64,000 nucleotides of DNA from an uncultured Chloroflexia bacterium (GCA_963774935.1 CAVZGO010000003.1:389262-453261); one strand, 5' to 3'. Positions 8,551 to 18,637 are shown, numbered from the stretch's first letter. The notes: a model not told the origin generated them from the sequence alone. Numbers and translations: made by a program.

Positions 8551-8790
8551 CCGTCCAGTTAGGCCGGAAACCCCACCATGCCGTGTGTTGCTAAGTTTTG
8601 AACCTGCTATCGCAGGTTGGGTCTCTCCTAAAGAACTCCGCCTTGGCCGTAGCCTATCGCGTCATTCCTATAAGATTGGGACCCGATTAGTGACTGTTGG
8701 CTCAAAACCGGGTGTGCAGCATCACGCACACAGCAGGGCGATTACTTTATACCATAAAACAAATCCACTGAGTAGATTTAGATTAAAGAT

Positions 8791-9420
8791 CTAAGGGTAA
8801 ACACGCTTAATCGTGCGTGGATACGGGATTGTCTCGCGTATATGGCTTATCCCACAAATCCAGGAAACCGTTCTCTCAATACCCAGGCCAAAACCACTGT
8901 GAGGTACAGAGCCATATCGGCGTAAATCCAGATACCACCTGAAAGCATCAACCGGTAAATTGTGTTCAATCAAACGGGAGTGGAGCAAATCGTAATCTGA
9001 GATACGCTCACTACCACCTATAATTTCGCCATATCCTTCGGGAGCTAACAGGTCAACACTTTTACAAACCTCTGGTCGGCCTGGCCAGGGTTCCATATAA
9101 AATGCTTTTGCAACCGTAGGATAGCCGTAAACGAATACCGGCTTACTGAAACGAGAGGTCAATTCAGTCTCATGTGGTGATCCAAAGTCCATCCCCCACT
9201 CAATATTAAGCAGCTCCTTCTTTTCCGGATCATCAGTCTGCGCAGCAATCTCTTTGAGGATCTCTACCGCATCATCATAAGATATTCTTGGAAATGGTGG
9301 TTCGATCTGCTCTAACACGCTGATATCACGCCCAAGAGACTTCAACTCTGGTAGCCGGTCTCTCAAAACGCGCTTAACAATATGGGTGATGAACTGCTCT
9401 TCCACTTCCATCAGACCCAT
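8791..9420 (-). CDS. asnS: Asparagine--tRNA ligase, C-terminal fragment (frame-broken from 9374-10135)
   Basis: Ends [27 protein letters not shown], the class IIb motif 3. It continues the upstream ORF after a 1-nt shift near 9416-9423. Confidence 0.8.
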   Translation of the reverse strand: MGLMEVEEQFITHIVKRVLRDRLPELKSLGRDISVLEQIEPPFPRISYDDAVEILKEIAAQTDDPEKKELLNIEWGMDFGSPHETELTSRFSKPVFVYGYPTVAKAFYMEPWPGRPEVCKSVDLLAPEGYGEIIGGSERISDYDLLHSRLIEHNLPVDAFRWYLDLRRYGSVPHSGFGLGIERTVSWICGISHIRETIPYPRTIKRVYP

Positions 9421-10135
9421 CCAGATCGCAAAATGCTATCTCAGGCTCAACCATCCAGAACTCTGTTAGATGCCTGCGAGTTTTAGATTTTTCAGCGCGA
9501 AAAGTCGGCCCAAAACAATACACTTTTCCAAAAGCATAAATATTTGCTTCATTATACAATTGCCCGCTTTGAGCGAGATACGCCGCTCCTTCATCGAAAT
9601 AAGCTGTTTCGAATAGAGTTGTCGTTCCTTCACATGCAGCGGGTGTTAATATCGGTGTGTCCATGTTAATAAAACCGTTGGTATCGAACCACTCGCGGAT
9701 CGCACTGATAACAGTCGCCCGTATTCTGAGAATCGCCCACTGGCTTGGCATACGGATCCACAGATGGCGATGGTCAAGGGCAAAATCAACTCCATGCTCT
9801 TTGAGTGCCATCGGGTAATCTTCATTCGCTTGTTGGATGATTTCGACTTGCTTCACACCAATCTCGTAACCACCAGGTATCCCGGGAGCACGTGGATCAG
9901 CTCGAACGCTGCCTGAAATAATAACGGCTGACTCTTGAGGCAATCTCATTAACTGGTCAAATACTTCTGCATCCAGGTCGTTTTTAAAAGCTACACACTG
10001 GATAAACCCATGCCCATCACGAACAAGCAGAAATACCAGCTTCCCCTTGTCAGTGCGGTTGTAAACCCATCCATTAACGGAAACCTCTTGACCGACGAAC
10101 TTATCAATTTCATCTACACGAATTAATTGGCTCAT
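9374..10135 (-). CDS. asnS: Asparagine--tRNA ligase, N-terminal fragment (OB fold plus motifs 1-2)
   Basis: VxGWVxxxRxxGKxxFxxxRDGxG anticodon-binding OB fold, [24 protein letters not shown] motif 2. The last 12 residues or so are out of frame. Confidence 0.8.
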   Translation of the reverse strand: MSQLIRVDEIDKFVGQEVSVNGWVYNRTDKGKLVFLLVRDGHGFIQCVAFKNDLDAEVFDQLMRLPQESAVIISGSVRADPRAPGIPGGYEIGVKQVEIIQQANEDYPMALKEHGVDFALDHRHLWIRMPSQWAILRIRATVISAIREWFDTNGFINMDTPILTPAACEGTTTLFETAYFDEGAAYLAQSGQLYNEANIYAFGKVYCFGPTFRAEKSKTRRHLTEFWMVEPEIAFCDLDGSDGSGRAVHHPYC

Positions 10136-10151
10136 TTATCTGTTCTCCTTC

Positions 10152-11924
10152 TCAACCCTCAAGGGCTAACTTGATGTGCAGATCTTTTAGCTGTCCAGGA
10201 TCAGCCGGCGATGGCGCGCCTCCCATAATGTCACGCGCATTCTGATTTTTAGGAAATGCAATCACCTCACGGATATTCGGCTCGTCGGCGAGGATCATCG
10301 TGATACGGTCAATACCAGGCGCAATACCGCCATGTGGTGGTGTACCATATTCAAACGCTTCCAACATATGACCAAACCTCTCCAAGGCGACTTCGGTCGG
10401 CAAGCCAATCAACTTAAATACCTTTTCCTGCAATGATCGTTCATGAATACGTATCGAGCCACCACCAACTTCGTAATTGTTCAGTACCATATCGTACTGC
10501 TGACCACGCGCTTTCCCTGGATCGGTTTCCAACAGATGCAAATCTTCCGTCATCGGGGCTGTAAATAAATGATGGCTTGGATCCCAACGCTGCTCCTCTG
10601 CATTCCAATTTACAAACGGGAAATCGATCACCCAGCAAAATCCTAGCACTTCCGGATCTGCTAAATTCAAACGCTCTGCCAATAATACACGTAGCCGGCC
10701 AAGGGTTTCAAAAACCACTTCGGATCGATCAGCCACGAAAAGTAAGAGATCTCCGTTCTGAGCATCAAACCGTTCGATGATTTGACTTAGTACGTCTGGA
10801 CTGACATACTTTGAAAAAGAAGATCGCTGCTCACCTTCGCTCGTAATCGCCAGATATGCTAATCCCCTGGCACCATGTTTTTGGACGAACTCGGTCAGTT
10901 CATCGATCTGCTTTCGACTGTAATCTCCTAAACCACGCGCATTTATGCCGCGGACATTACCACCAGCTAAAACAGCGGACTGAAAAACTTTGAATCCACT
11001 CTGATCGGCAAGATCGGTTATATTCTGAAGCTCCATCCCATAACGAATATCTGGGTTATCCTTTCCATATCGTTCCATTGCTTCAGAGTAGGTTAATCGC
11101 GGCCATGGTGATGAGAATAAACGTTTATGAGGCACCACCTGGGCAACCAGCCGTGTGAAGAGGTCTTCTGCCAACATCATAACATCTTCACGCTCAACAA
11201 AGGAGATTTCCATATCAAGCTGAGTGAATTCAGGCTGCCGGTCACCACGCTGATCTTCATCTCGGAAGCAACGCGCTATCTGGAAATAACGCTCCACACC
11301 ACCAACCATCAATAGCTGCTTCAATTGCTGTGGCGATTGAGGAAGTGCATAAAATTCACCTGGATGAACGCGTGATGGCACCAGGTAATCCCGAGCGCCT
11401 TCTGGAGTGGTCTTAAATAATATCGGCGTCTCCACCTCGAGAAATTTTCGCTCATCAAGATAATCACGGATAAACTTGACCACTCTGTGCCGCAATTCCA
11501 GGTTTCGGCGCATTTTTTCCCGGCGCAAGTCGAGGTAACGGTATTTCAATCGGAATTGTTCATCGATCTCCTCATCTGCACTGATGAGGAATGGCAGTGG
11601 TTTTGCAGGATTGAGCACAGTAATCTTTATTGACTCGATTTCAATCTCTCCGGTTGCCAGCCGGGGATTTTCCATGCCCGGTTTTCGTCGTCGAACAATA
11701 CCTTCCACCTGCAACACCCATTCCATACGTACTACCCGAAGAATTTCATGGGTATCTGCGGAGATCTCAGGATTAGCGACAATCTGGATCATGCCAAAGC
11801 GATCTCTTAAATCTATAAATGTCACCCCACCGTGATCTCGGCGGCGATGAACCCAACCAGCGAGAATAACGGTTTGGCCAACGTTCTCCGCCCGTAATTC
11901 TCCACATGTATGATTTTTGTACAT
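10152..11924 (-). CDS. aspS: Aspartate--tRNA ligase (bacterial type, 590 aa)
   Basis: [38 protein letters not shown] and GGGSIRIH...[12 protein letters not shown] motifs, with the bacterial insertion domain. Confidence 0.92.
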   Translation of the reverse strand: MYKNHTCGELRAENVGQTVILAGWVHRRRDHGGVTFIDLRDRFGMIQIVANPEISADTHEILRVVRMEWVLQVEGIVRRRKPGMENPRLATGEIEIESIKITVLNPAKPLPFLISADEEIDEQFRLKYRYLDLRREKMRRNLELRHRVVKFIRDYLDERKFLEVETPILFKTTPEGARDYLVPSRVHPGEFYALPQSPQQLKQLLMVGGVERYFQIARCFRDEDQRGDRQPEFTQLDMEISFVEREDVMMLAEDLFTRLVAQVVPHKRLFSSPWPRLTYSEAMERYGKDNPDIRYGMELQNITDLADQSGFKVFQSAVLAGGNVRGINARGLGDYSRKQIDELTEFVQKHGARGLAYLAITSEGEQRSSFSKYVSPDVLSQIIERFDAQNGDLLLFVADRSEVVFETLGRLRVLLAERLNLADPEVLGFCWVIDFPFVNWNAEEQRWDPSHHLFTAPMTEDLHLLETDPGKARGQQYDMVLNNYEVGGGSIRIHERSLQEKVFKLIGLPTEVALERFGHMLEAFEYGTPPHGGIAPGIDRITMILADEPNIREVIAFPKNQNARDIMGGAPSPADPGQLKDLHIKLALEG

Positions 11925-11937
11925 AATTATGCCTCCA

Positions 11938-11969
11938 TAAAAAAACGCCCTACGCGTTTTGCGTCGGGC
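11938..11969 (-). terminator. Strong intrinsic terminator inside the aspS 5' leader (attenuator)
   Basis: Minus strand reads CGCCCGACGC-AAAAC-GCGTAGGGCG (9/10 bp) followed by T7. The T tract ends 2-3 nt before the aspS GGAGG. Confidence 0.65.
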
Positions 11970-12115
11970 GATAAATTGGCTTTTAGCTGATCAGTCCTGC
12001 TTAATTGCCTGAATCAATCAACCCGGCGCTCGATCACCGAGTCATTAGCGTTAGAATTATCCACAATAATAAACAAATTGATTCAAACCAGTATCACAGG
12101 GTTCCATCGCGACAA

Positions 12116-12144
12116 AATTATAGCACGGTCAATGATAATCATCA
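12116..12144 (-). promoter_or_regulatory. Sigma70-type promoter TTGATG-17nt-TATAAT for the aspS-asnS leader
   Basis: Minus strand reads TTGATG (12144-12139), a 17-nt spacer, then TATAAT (12121-12116). Confidence 0.45.
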
Positions 12145-12252
12145 ACTCGTTATATCCGTGCAATCACCAAGATGACTGGTCATCCTTTCATTACATTTAA
12201 AATCCAATTTCGAATTGGGCAAATAAACAATCCAAAATTCTATAAACAAAGA

Positions 12253-13128
12253 TCATGAGCGGTTCACCAATTTCGGTAACCAGGATACAGATGGAGATTT
12301 CCATCGGGTCATTGACTTGCGAGTCTGGTCATAACCCCGTTGAATCAGCTCTTCCCAAGAGCGAAAATCCCACACCGGAACAGGCTCGATTCCGAACAGG
12401 TGAATATATTTCACCTCCACATGGCATGCATCCGCCAGAGCCATTTCAAGCTCTAATTGCCGACGTTGAACCGTGTTCACGAATTTATCAAACATCATTG
12501 ATCTACCATCAGCCTCACCTGAGTACTCTCGGTACTCCGAGACATCCAAGGCAATTACTTCGCTTACATTATGAGCTAGTGCTGCCTCAATTGGTAAATT
12601 GCTAATCACACCACCGTCTATTAATAATTGGCCTTCCTTATGAATAGGAACTATCCAAGGTGGAATCGCTGTAGAAGCCAATACTGCATCGAGAACCGAG
12701 TCATTTAAATTGCTGCCATAAATAACTCGTTTTCCACTATTTAAATCAGTAGATATTATTCTTAACAACACATTGCGGATATCTCGAAAATTTAGATCGG
12801 GTACGAGTCCATGGGAGATAAAAAAATCTCGAATCCGCTGAGAAGGCTCAGACGACGGTCGGTTAAAGAAAGTTCTTAAAGTCAACCATACGTATTTTTG
12901 CGGAAGCAGATCAGCGACTGCGGCATGTCGATAGACCTCTCTCAAGCCAGTTATTGCTTCTTCATTAAAACCGCTCAATGCTAGAAAAGCTGAATTTGCT
13001 GCTCCAATTGAAGTACCCACCAGAATGTCTGCAGTTATCCCTGCCTCAATCAGTGCTTGCAAGGCGCCAACCTGTAAGGCACCTCTGGCACCACCTCCAC
13101 TGAGAACGAAAGCTACTTTCTTTTTCAT
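12253..13128 (-). CDS. Patatin-like phospholipase
   Basis: LSGGGARG oxyanion motif, GTSIG nucleophile elbow and a DGG catalytic Asp motif. Confidence 0.85.
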   Translation of the reverse strand: MKKKVAFVLSGGGARGALQVGALQALIEAGITADILVGTSIGAANSAFLALSGFNEEAITGLREVYRHAAVADLLPQKYVWLTLRTFFNRPSSEPSQRIRDFFISHGLVPDLNFRDIRNVLLRIISTDLNSGKRVIYGSNLNDSVLDAVLASTAIPPWIVPIHKEGQLLIDGGVISNLPIEAALAHNVSEVIALDVSEYREYSGEADGRSMMFDKFVNTVQRRQLELEMALADACHVEVKYIHLFGIEPVPVWDFRSWEELIQRGYDQTRKSMTRWKSPSVSWLPKLVNRS

Positions 13129-13147
13129 AATCTCATTTTACTCTAAT

Positions 13148-13915
13148 CTAGGAATATTGTTTCGATAACAAAGGGGAGAACCAATCATGTCCAATCCGTC
13201 GTAGCTTTACGTAGGTTCGAAAAACATCCAAAAATATCAACTTGAATATGACTGGATGCTTCAAGTAATGAATGTCCACTCTCTCAAGCGCCCAACGATC
13301 ACTTTGTGCAGTAACCAAACCAATTTTCGTACTACAAGCAGTTATAAATTGCGTTGAGGCTAATTCTCTCGCCACTTGATTATACTCACCGTACGGATAT
13401 GCGATATGCTTGACTTTACAACTTAACTCTTTTTCAATTACAATTTTGGATTCTTGGATCTCTTCTTTTATTTTTTCTCGCACTAACTGGTTTAATCGCA
13501 GATGGTTGACTGTATGCACGCCAAACTCAATACCGGAAGCCTGCATTTCCCTAGCTTTTTCCCAATCAATTAGCGGTCTCCTTGGCACCCAAGGTGGTTG
13601 ACCATCCCAGTTATTCATGCTTCCCATGTATCCGCTGACTAAATAAATTGTTGCCGGAAATCCGTAGTGCCTTAGAATTGGAAATGCTTCTGTGTACTGA
13701 CTGAGGAAGCCATCATCAAAGGTCAGAACTACACTTCGCTCAGGGAATCCATCTCCTTTCGCGATTAAATGAGCAATTTCACTCAAGGTTAACACCTGAC
13801 ACTTTTGGGCTTGTAACCAGCTCATCTGCCATGAGAAGAGACGAGCAGAGACCGTTATCGCTGACGAAGACTCCTCTATAGCATGATACATCAGAATAGG
13901 AATTGATTTCTTCAT
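13148..13915 (-). CDS. Polysaccharide deacetylase (NodB/CE4 family)
   Basis: LTFDDGF metal/catalytic motif, HTVNH motif, and a length of about 255 aa. Confidence 0.8.
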   Translation of the reverse strand: MKKSIPILMYHAIEESSSAITVSARLFSWQMSWLQAQKCQVLTLSEIAHLIAKGDGFPERSVVLTFDDGFLSQYTEAFPILRHYGFPATIYLVSGYMGSMNNWDGQPPWVPRRPLIDWEKAREMQASGIEFGVHTVNHLRLNQLVREKIKEEIQESKIVIEKELSCKVKHIAYPYGEYNQVARELASTQFITACSTKIGLVTAQSDRWALERVDIHYLKHPVIFKLIFLDVFRTYVKLRRIGHDWFSPLLSKQYS

Positions 13916-13920
13916 TTTCC

Positions 13921-14268
13921 TTAGTGATTATCAGTTTTCATCCCGGCATGCACTCTCTTATTTGCGATCCAGTTATATATATTTGCCTGCAGAAATCCAA
14001 TACTAAAGCCCAGGACAAACCCATAAAGAAATCCAATGATGCTTCCCAACCAGGTTACCTCGTATCCGATGAAAAATTGGCCTAATAGTGATAAATTAGG
14101 GCCAACGATATCTCCACCCTTTAACACCAACCAGATTGTAGCGAAAAAAATTAATCCCCCAAAGAGCAATCCCAATACGATTCCATTGACTGTGGCGTTC
14201 ATTCGTGTCAGGTGTGAGAGAAGCAGCTGCTCCAGCTCTTTTTCTTCTTTAGTCAGATCCTTAGTCAT
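13921..14268 (-). CDS. Small membrane protein, free-standing paralog of the C-terminal membrane module of the upstream FAD enzyme
   Basis: 115 aa with 3 predicted TM segments. The LLGQFFIGYEVT...GFLYGFVLGFSIGF region aligns with LLGQYFPFYRVT...GFVYGFAVGISFGW in 14261-16123. Confidence 0.55.
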   Translation of the reverse strand: MTKDLTKEEKELEQLLLSHLTRMNATVNGIVLGLLFGGLIFFATIWLVLKGGDIVGPNLSLLGQFFIGYEVTWLGSIIGFLYGFVLGFSIGFLQANIYNWIANKRVHAGMKTDNH

Positions 14269-16123
14269 TAGATTCCTCCTTCATCTCTCCAGACTGCTGA
14301 GCTCCGATGATTTGAGCTTGTGGATCATTAAAATACCCCTGCTGTAACATTAACATTCGTATGATCCGTCGCCGAATAGACCAGAAATACACTTTCACCA
14401 GCAAATTACGCATTGAGGCTAACATCCAGCCAAATGAAATACCTACAGCAAATCCATAAACAAATCCCCACCAGGCATCTGCCACAGTAACCCGATAGAA
14501 CGGGAAATATTGACCCAGCAACCAAAGATAATTCCCCAGGCTTAACTCGGGGTGCAGGCCGAAATAAATAGTAGCAATGACCAGCCCCCCTCCCAATGTC
14601 AAACCAGTAGCCAGGCCGAAAGCCAAAGGATCTAATTTCAACGTTACCTTGGAAAGAATATTATCAGCAATTCGCTTGTAATCTGGAGCACGCTCAGTAA
14701 GGATCTCCTCATGATATTCTTTCTCAGCATTTACTGCCCAGATGTCATGTTGCTCACCGAATAATAGATTTTTGACGGCAAACATTCCGGTTAACATCGC
14801 ATGATCCTGATTGTTATACTTATGCAATCCATTCCGGCCAATAGTTTGGATATTCTCAAGTCCCCCAATGAATTTCTGTAAGACATCCAGGTGCTGTCGA
14901 TAATTTTCTTCATAGACAGGATATGATTTCTCTACCCGATAAACAATACCATCCAACACATCGTTACCTTTTGCTAATCCTATTTGTTCGAGCTCGCGTT
15001 TAGCCAGCTCAATCAGCGCTGCATCATCCATGTCCCAAATCTCATCACCTTCATTGCAGAAATATTCCAAGCCCAGGCTAGATTTGGAAATATCAGGAAC
15101 CATCGCGGGACTCCAATTCTTGAAGTTTTGGATTCGCCCAACTTTCACGCCTGGTTCATGAATATAAATCCAATTATCGTTAAACAAATGCTCTTTATCC
15201 ACGATCAAGCATATTGTCAGGAAATCCCGGTAAGTCAACTGGTTGGCAGCATCCAGCACTTCTTTTGGAGCAGGTGGATCTAGTTTTAAAATCAGCTCCG
15301 TAATGGGCATGCTGGAAATGAAAGCGGAACCTGGGATGATAGTAATTTCACCGTCTTTTATCACCTCTACGCTGGTTACACGGCGCTCATCCCAATTGAT
15401 TCTGCTCACTTTGCTATTGAGAGATACCACCCCACCACGTTCTTCGATCAATTTTTGGACACGTGTCCATAGCATGCCGGGTCCACGGGCAGGATAATAA
15501 AATTCTTCAATTAATGTCTTGATGTTGGTATCTGACTTTACAAACATATTGACGATTGCAGTCTTCAAATCAAGCCCTTTAATTCGCTGCGCTGCCCATT
15601 CAGCGCTCAGTTGCGAAGTTGATATCCCCCAAACTTTTTCAGTATAGGACTTAAAAAATATACGGAACAAACGGCGGCCAAATCGGTTGGTTACCCACTC
15701 TTCGAAGGTGGATTCCTGAGGGTACGGGAACAACTGCCAGCGAATGTAGCTGATCCCAACGAGCAGGCTCTGCCAAATACCTAAGCCAGAGAGTGCATTG
15801 AGCGGTTTTAATGGATAATTGAAAAATTTTTGGTTGTAATAGATTCTTGATAATCGCGGTCTGGTGAGTAATTCATCTCCTAATATTTCGTGCCAGAAGC
15901 GATTCACCTCAACGGATTTGGTAAAAAACCGGTGGCCTCCCATATCAAAATGGTAACCTTTGTAGACTTCTGTTCGTGCAATTCCTCCTACTTTATCGAG
16001 CTTTTCCAGCACAAGGGGTTTAATACCTGCAATAGCAAGCTTGTACGCTGCGGTTAGCCCTGCCGGCCCACCACCGATGATCACCACCGGGTCATCTGCG
16101 TCAATCAATTCGTTGGGACTCAT
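14261..16123 (-). CDS. FAD-dependent oxidoreductase (amine-oxidase / UDP-galactopyranose-mutase-like fold) with C-terminal membrane extension
   Basis: The dinucleotide motif VVIIGGGPAGLTAAYKL...LEKLDKVGG is followed by GGHRFF. The last 130 aa or so are hydrophobic. Confidence 0.7.
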   Translation of the reverse strand: MSPNELIDADDPVVIIGGGPAGLTAAYKLAIAGIKPLVLEKLDKVGGIARTEVYKGYHFDMGGHRFFTKSVEVNRFWHEILGDELLTRPRLSRIYYNQKFFNYPLKPLNALSGLGIWQSLLVGISYIRWQLFPYPQESTFEEWVTNRFGRRLFRIFFKSYTEKVWGISTSQLSAEWAAQRIKGLDLKTAIVNMFVKSDTNIKTLIEEFYYPARGPGMLWTRVQKLIEERGGVVSLNSKVSRINWDERRVTSVEVIKDGEITIIPGSAFISSMPITELILKLDPPAPKEVLDAANQLTYRDFLTICLIVDKEHLFNDNWIYIHEPGVKVGRIQNFKNWSPAMVPDISKSSLGLEYFCNEGDEIWDMDDAALIELAKRELEQIGLAKGNDVLDGIVYRVEKSYPVYEENYRQHLDVLQKFIGGLENIQTIGRNGLHKYNNQDHAMLTGMFAVKNLLFGEQHDIWAVNAEKEYHEEILTERAPDYKRIADNILSKVTLKLDPLAFGLATGLTLGGGLVIATIYFGLHPELSLGNYLWLLGQYFPFYRVTVADAWWGFVYGFAVGISFGWMLASMRNLLVKVYFWSIRRRIIRMLMLQQGYFNDPQAQIIGAQQSGEMKEESND

Positions 16124-16208
16124 ACTATAAATGAAATTATTTAAAGTTCTTTGAGGGCAGCTAATGGATTGCTTTTTTTGCCCAACCGATGTTGATTATT
16201 CCTGAGCA

Positions 16209-17021
16209 TCATTCCCAAGGTACACCACTATACTTCTCGATACCAATCTGCCTAAGAAGCTCGAAGTACTTAGAGAGATGCACTTCCTTCGTCCAGTTTC
16301 GCAAAAAAGATTTGTAAGCATTCTCACCTAGCTGGTTCCGTTTTTCCTGGGATTCACCAAGTGTATTTATTGCCGACCGTAATTCATTCAAATCACAGAA
16401 AATTAATCCCCCACGACTTTCACGCACAACCTCTGGCAGAGCTCCCAAATCACGCACAATGACCGGGGTTTTACGAGCAAAAGATTCCAGCATGGTTATT
16501 CCAAATGTCTCATATGTAATTGAAGGCACCAGCGTTGCGATGGCATGGAAATACAGAGTACCAAGCTCACGTTGGGTTTGAGGACCTAAAAAGGTGATTT
16601 TAGGATTTCCACCCGCCAGCTTCTCAAGCCAAGATTTTTGACTACCTGATCCAGCGATCAGGAGGTGGTAATTGGAAATTTCACGCCACGCTTCGATGAG
16701 GGTCTCCACTCCTTTTATCTTCTCCAATCGCCCCACGAACAAAAAATACGGGTTTGGTATCAGTGGATTTGCGGGTGACTGCCAATCTTCATCAGCACGA
16801 TCAATAAAATAAGGCAACACATCAATGGGTTGGGAAAAACCACGTTTGATATGCATATCAGCACTAAATCGACTGGGAGATAAAAATCGATCCACAAGTC
16901 GCATCATAACGATCCAGCATTCCTGTATACCGCCAGATTTGAGGGGGGCGTTTTCCATAAATGGTACATGGCAGACAATTCGGTTTTTCACAGGCTCTTC
17001 GACCGAATTTCCATAACACAT
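16209..17021 (-). CDS. Glycosyltransferase family 4, C-terminal fragment (frame-broken; true coding starts near 16912)
   Basis: FVGRLEKIKG...LLIAGSG...ETFGITMLESFARKTPVIV is the GT-B/GT4 EX7E region. The first 35 residues or so of the ORF are out of frame. Confidence 0.7.
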   Translation of the reverse strand: MCYGNSVEEPVKNRIVCHVPFMENAPLKSGGIQECWIVMMRLVDRFLSPSRFSADMHIKRGFSQPIDVLPYFIDRADEDWQSPANPLIPNPYFLFVGRLEKIKGVETLIEAWREISNYHLLIAGSGSQKSWLEKLAGGNPKITFLGPQTQRELGTLYFHAIATLVPSITYETFGITMLESFARKTPVIVRDLGALPEVVRESRGGLIFCDLNELRSAINTLGESQEKRNQLGENAYKSFLRNWTKEVHLSKYFELLRQIGIEKYSGVPWE

Positions 17022-17448
17022 GCATGGGGCAAACTAACCAATGCTCATGCGCAGTATATAACTTAACAAATCGAGTGTTTTTTGGCTGCAATTCTAAAAT
17101 CTGTGGACCCAGGAGAGAAATATTATGGAAATGGATCACATCATATGGTTTTTGATCGACAATTTGCTGGATCCTATCTCTATACAGAACCGGTATTCCA
17201 GTTTGCTGGGTAAGCAGCGGACCCCACCAACGATTACTACTTTCTAAACCGTGACGATTTACGTTGGGATGGTCGGAGAACTTGATCTCAGGCTCGGCAG
17301 GATGTTGCAATCGATAAGCATCGATGCAGTGAATCACATCCACCTGGTGACCCTGGTCTCCCAACGCGTGAGCCAGACGGTAGATATACATCGCGTCTCC
17401 GCCAAAACTATACGGTGGGTAGAAAGTAGTCAAATGTAAAAAATTCAT
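16864..17448 (-). CDS. Glycosyltransferase family 4, N-terminal fragment
   Basis: MNFLHLTTFYPPYSFGGD is a typical GT4 N-terminal domain. Start chosen at the internal Met 17448, and the tail after ...RYTGMLDR is out of frame. Confidence 0.7.
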   Translation of the reverse strand: MNFLHLTTFYPPYSFGGDAMYIYRLAHALGDQGHQVDVIHCIDAYRLQHPAEPEIKFSDHPNVNRHGLESSNRWWGPLLTQQTGIPVLYRDRIQQIVDQKPYDVIHFHNISLLGPQILELQPKNTRFVKLYTAHEHWLVCPMHVLWKFGRRACEKPNCLPCTIYGKRPPQIWRYTGMLDRYDATCGSIFISQSI

Positions 17449-17455
17449 AACCGGC

Positions 17456-18628
17456 TTACATGGGTGAAATTTTCTCGAAGACCTCAAGCATCTGATAGGC
17501 AGCCGTTTCCCAGGTTATATCGCTGGTTATTTTCAATCCAGCCTCACTCATCTGTTGGCGTAAGGCATCCGACGATAACACCTCTCTCAGCACTTGTTCT
17601 AACTGAGCTGGATTATGCGGATCAAAATATTTACCTGCAGCGCCTAATACATCCGGAATGGCACTCTCACTGGTAGCTACGACAGGACATCCACATGCCG
17701 CGGCTTCGATTGCTGGTAAGCCAAAACCTTCCATCAAGGATGGCAGCACTACAAGCGTCGCTTGGTTATACAATTGCACTAGATCTTCATCGGAAACATA
17801 TCCTGTAAAGATTGCTTTCTGAGTTATATGTAACTCATCGATCTGGGCACGCAACACGTCAATTTCAGTGAAAAACGTCTCGTGCCTGTCTTCTCCGACC
17901 ATTAGTAAATAGAGGCCTGAGTAAGCCGCGTCTTGAATTATTCGCGCAAAACATTCGATCAGTAATCGTAAATTCTTGTGCGGACCGAATCCACCAACAT
18001 AAACAATTATTCTAGCGTCCTCGGGCAAACCAGCCAGTAATTCCAAATCACCTTTTTTCATAGAGACTAACTTCCGGAAAACTGGTGCACTGGCTTCACC
18101 AACGACAGAAATTGCTTCAGGATTGATGCGAAATGTCTCACTTATCCGCATCCGTGAATATTCCGACACCGTGATAATGGCATTTGCCTGTCGGCGACCA
18201 ACAGCGGACTTGATTTTCCATGCCCAGCGCGCCTTGGTACTGGGCAGAGTAAGGTGAGGATAGCGTTCAGGAATGACATCATGTATCATCAATATTTTCA
18301 TCGCCCGACTAATTACAGGAACAACACTGTAGACTGTTGGAAAGAAAATAATGTCAAATTCGGTAGATGAAAGCGCGCGACTCATTTTCCAGATGTCTCG
18401 CAAATTGCGCCTGCTACCGGCCGATGCAGCATCCACTGTACGTTGACTCGTCTGAACAAATCGGGCTGACATTCCAGGGGGAAGGTCGATGAATTCCACC
18501 GGTGAGTCGAAAACCAGGACATACTGGTTCCGTTTATCAAGATCAGCCACCGCATTCATTAATAACCGCAGTTGTCGGCCATAACCACGGGTGTTGAACC
18601 AGGATGTGGCATCAATTCCAATTCGCAT
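17456..18628 (-). CDS. Glycosyltransferase family 4
   Basis: GT-B fold with YVGGFGPHKN, PSLMEGFGLPAIEAAACGCPVV (EX7E). Confidence 0.85.
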   Translation of the reverse strand: MRIGIDATSWFNTRGYGRQLRLLMNAVADLDKRNQYVLVFDSPVEFIDLPPGMSARFVQTSQRTVDAASAGSRRNLRDIWKMSRALSSTEFDIIFFPTVYSVVPVISRAMKILMIHDVIPERYPHLTLPSTKARWAWKIKSAVGRRQANAIITVSEYSRMRISETFRINPEAISVVGEASAPVFRKLVSMKKGDLELLAGLPEDARIIVYVGGFGPHKNLRLLIECFARIIQDAAYSGLYLLMVGEDRHETFFTEIDVLRAQIDELHITQKAIFTGYVSDEDLVQLYNQATLVVLPSLMEGFGLPAIEAAACGCPVVATSESAIPDVLGAAGKYFDPHNPAQLEQVLREVLSSDALRQQMSEAGLKITSDITWETAAYQMLEVFEKISPM

Positions 18629-18637
18629 GGGTGATAC

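Noticed and set aside
8522-8794. 90-aa plus-strand ORF in the trx-asnS spacer
   Set aside because: It has an Arg/Ser/Pro-rich composition and no RBS. It starts inside the terminator hairpin and overlaps the asnS stop. It is treated as non-coding.
11925-12144. Calling the aspS leader a T-box riboswitch
   Set aside because: The conserved T-box core (AGGGUGGUACCGCG with the UGGN bulge) and Stem I features (AGAGA/GNUGNGA, K-turn) are not recognisable by eye, and the leader is short at about 165 nt. It is reported only as an unclassified attenuator.
12160-12200. Weak hairpin CCAATT-CGA-AATTGG after the patatin gene as its terminator
   Set aside because: It has only a 6-bp AT-rich stem and a poor U-tract. 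It is too weak to call.
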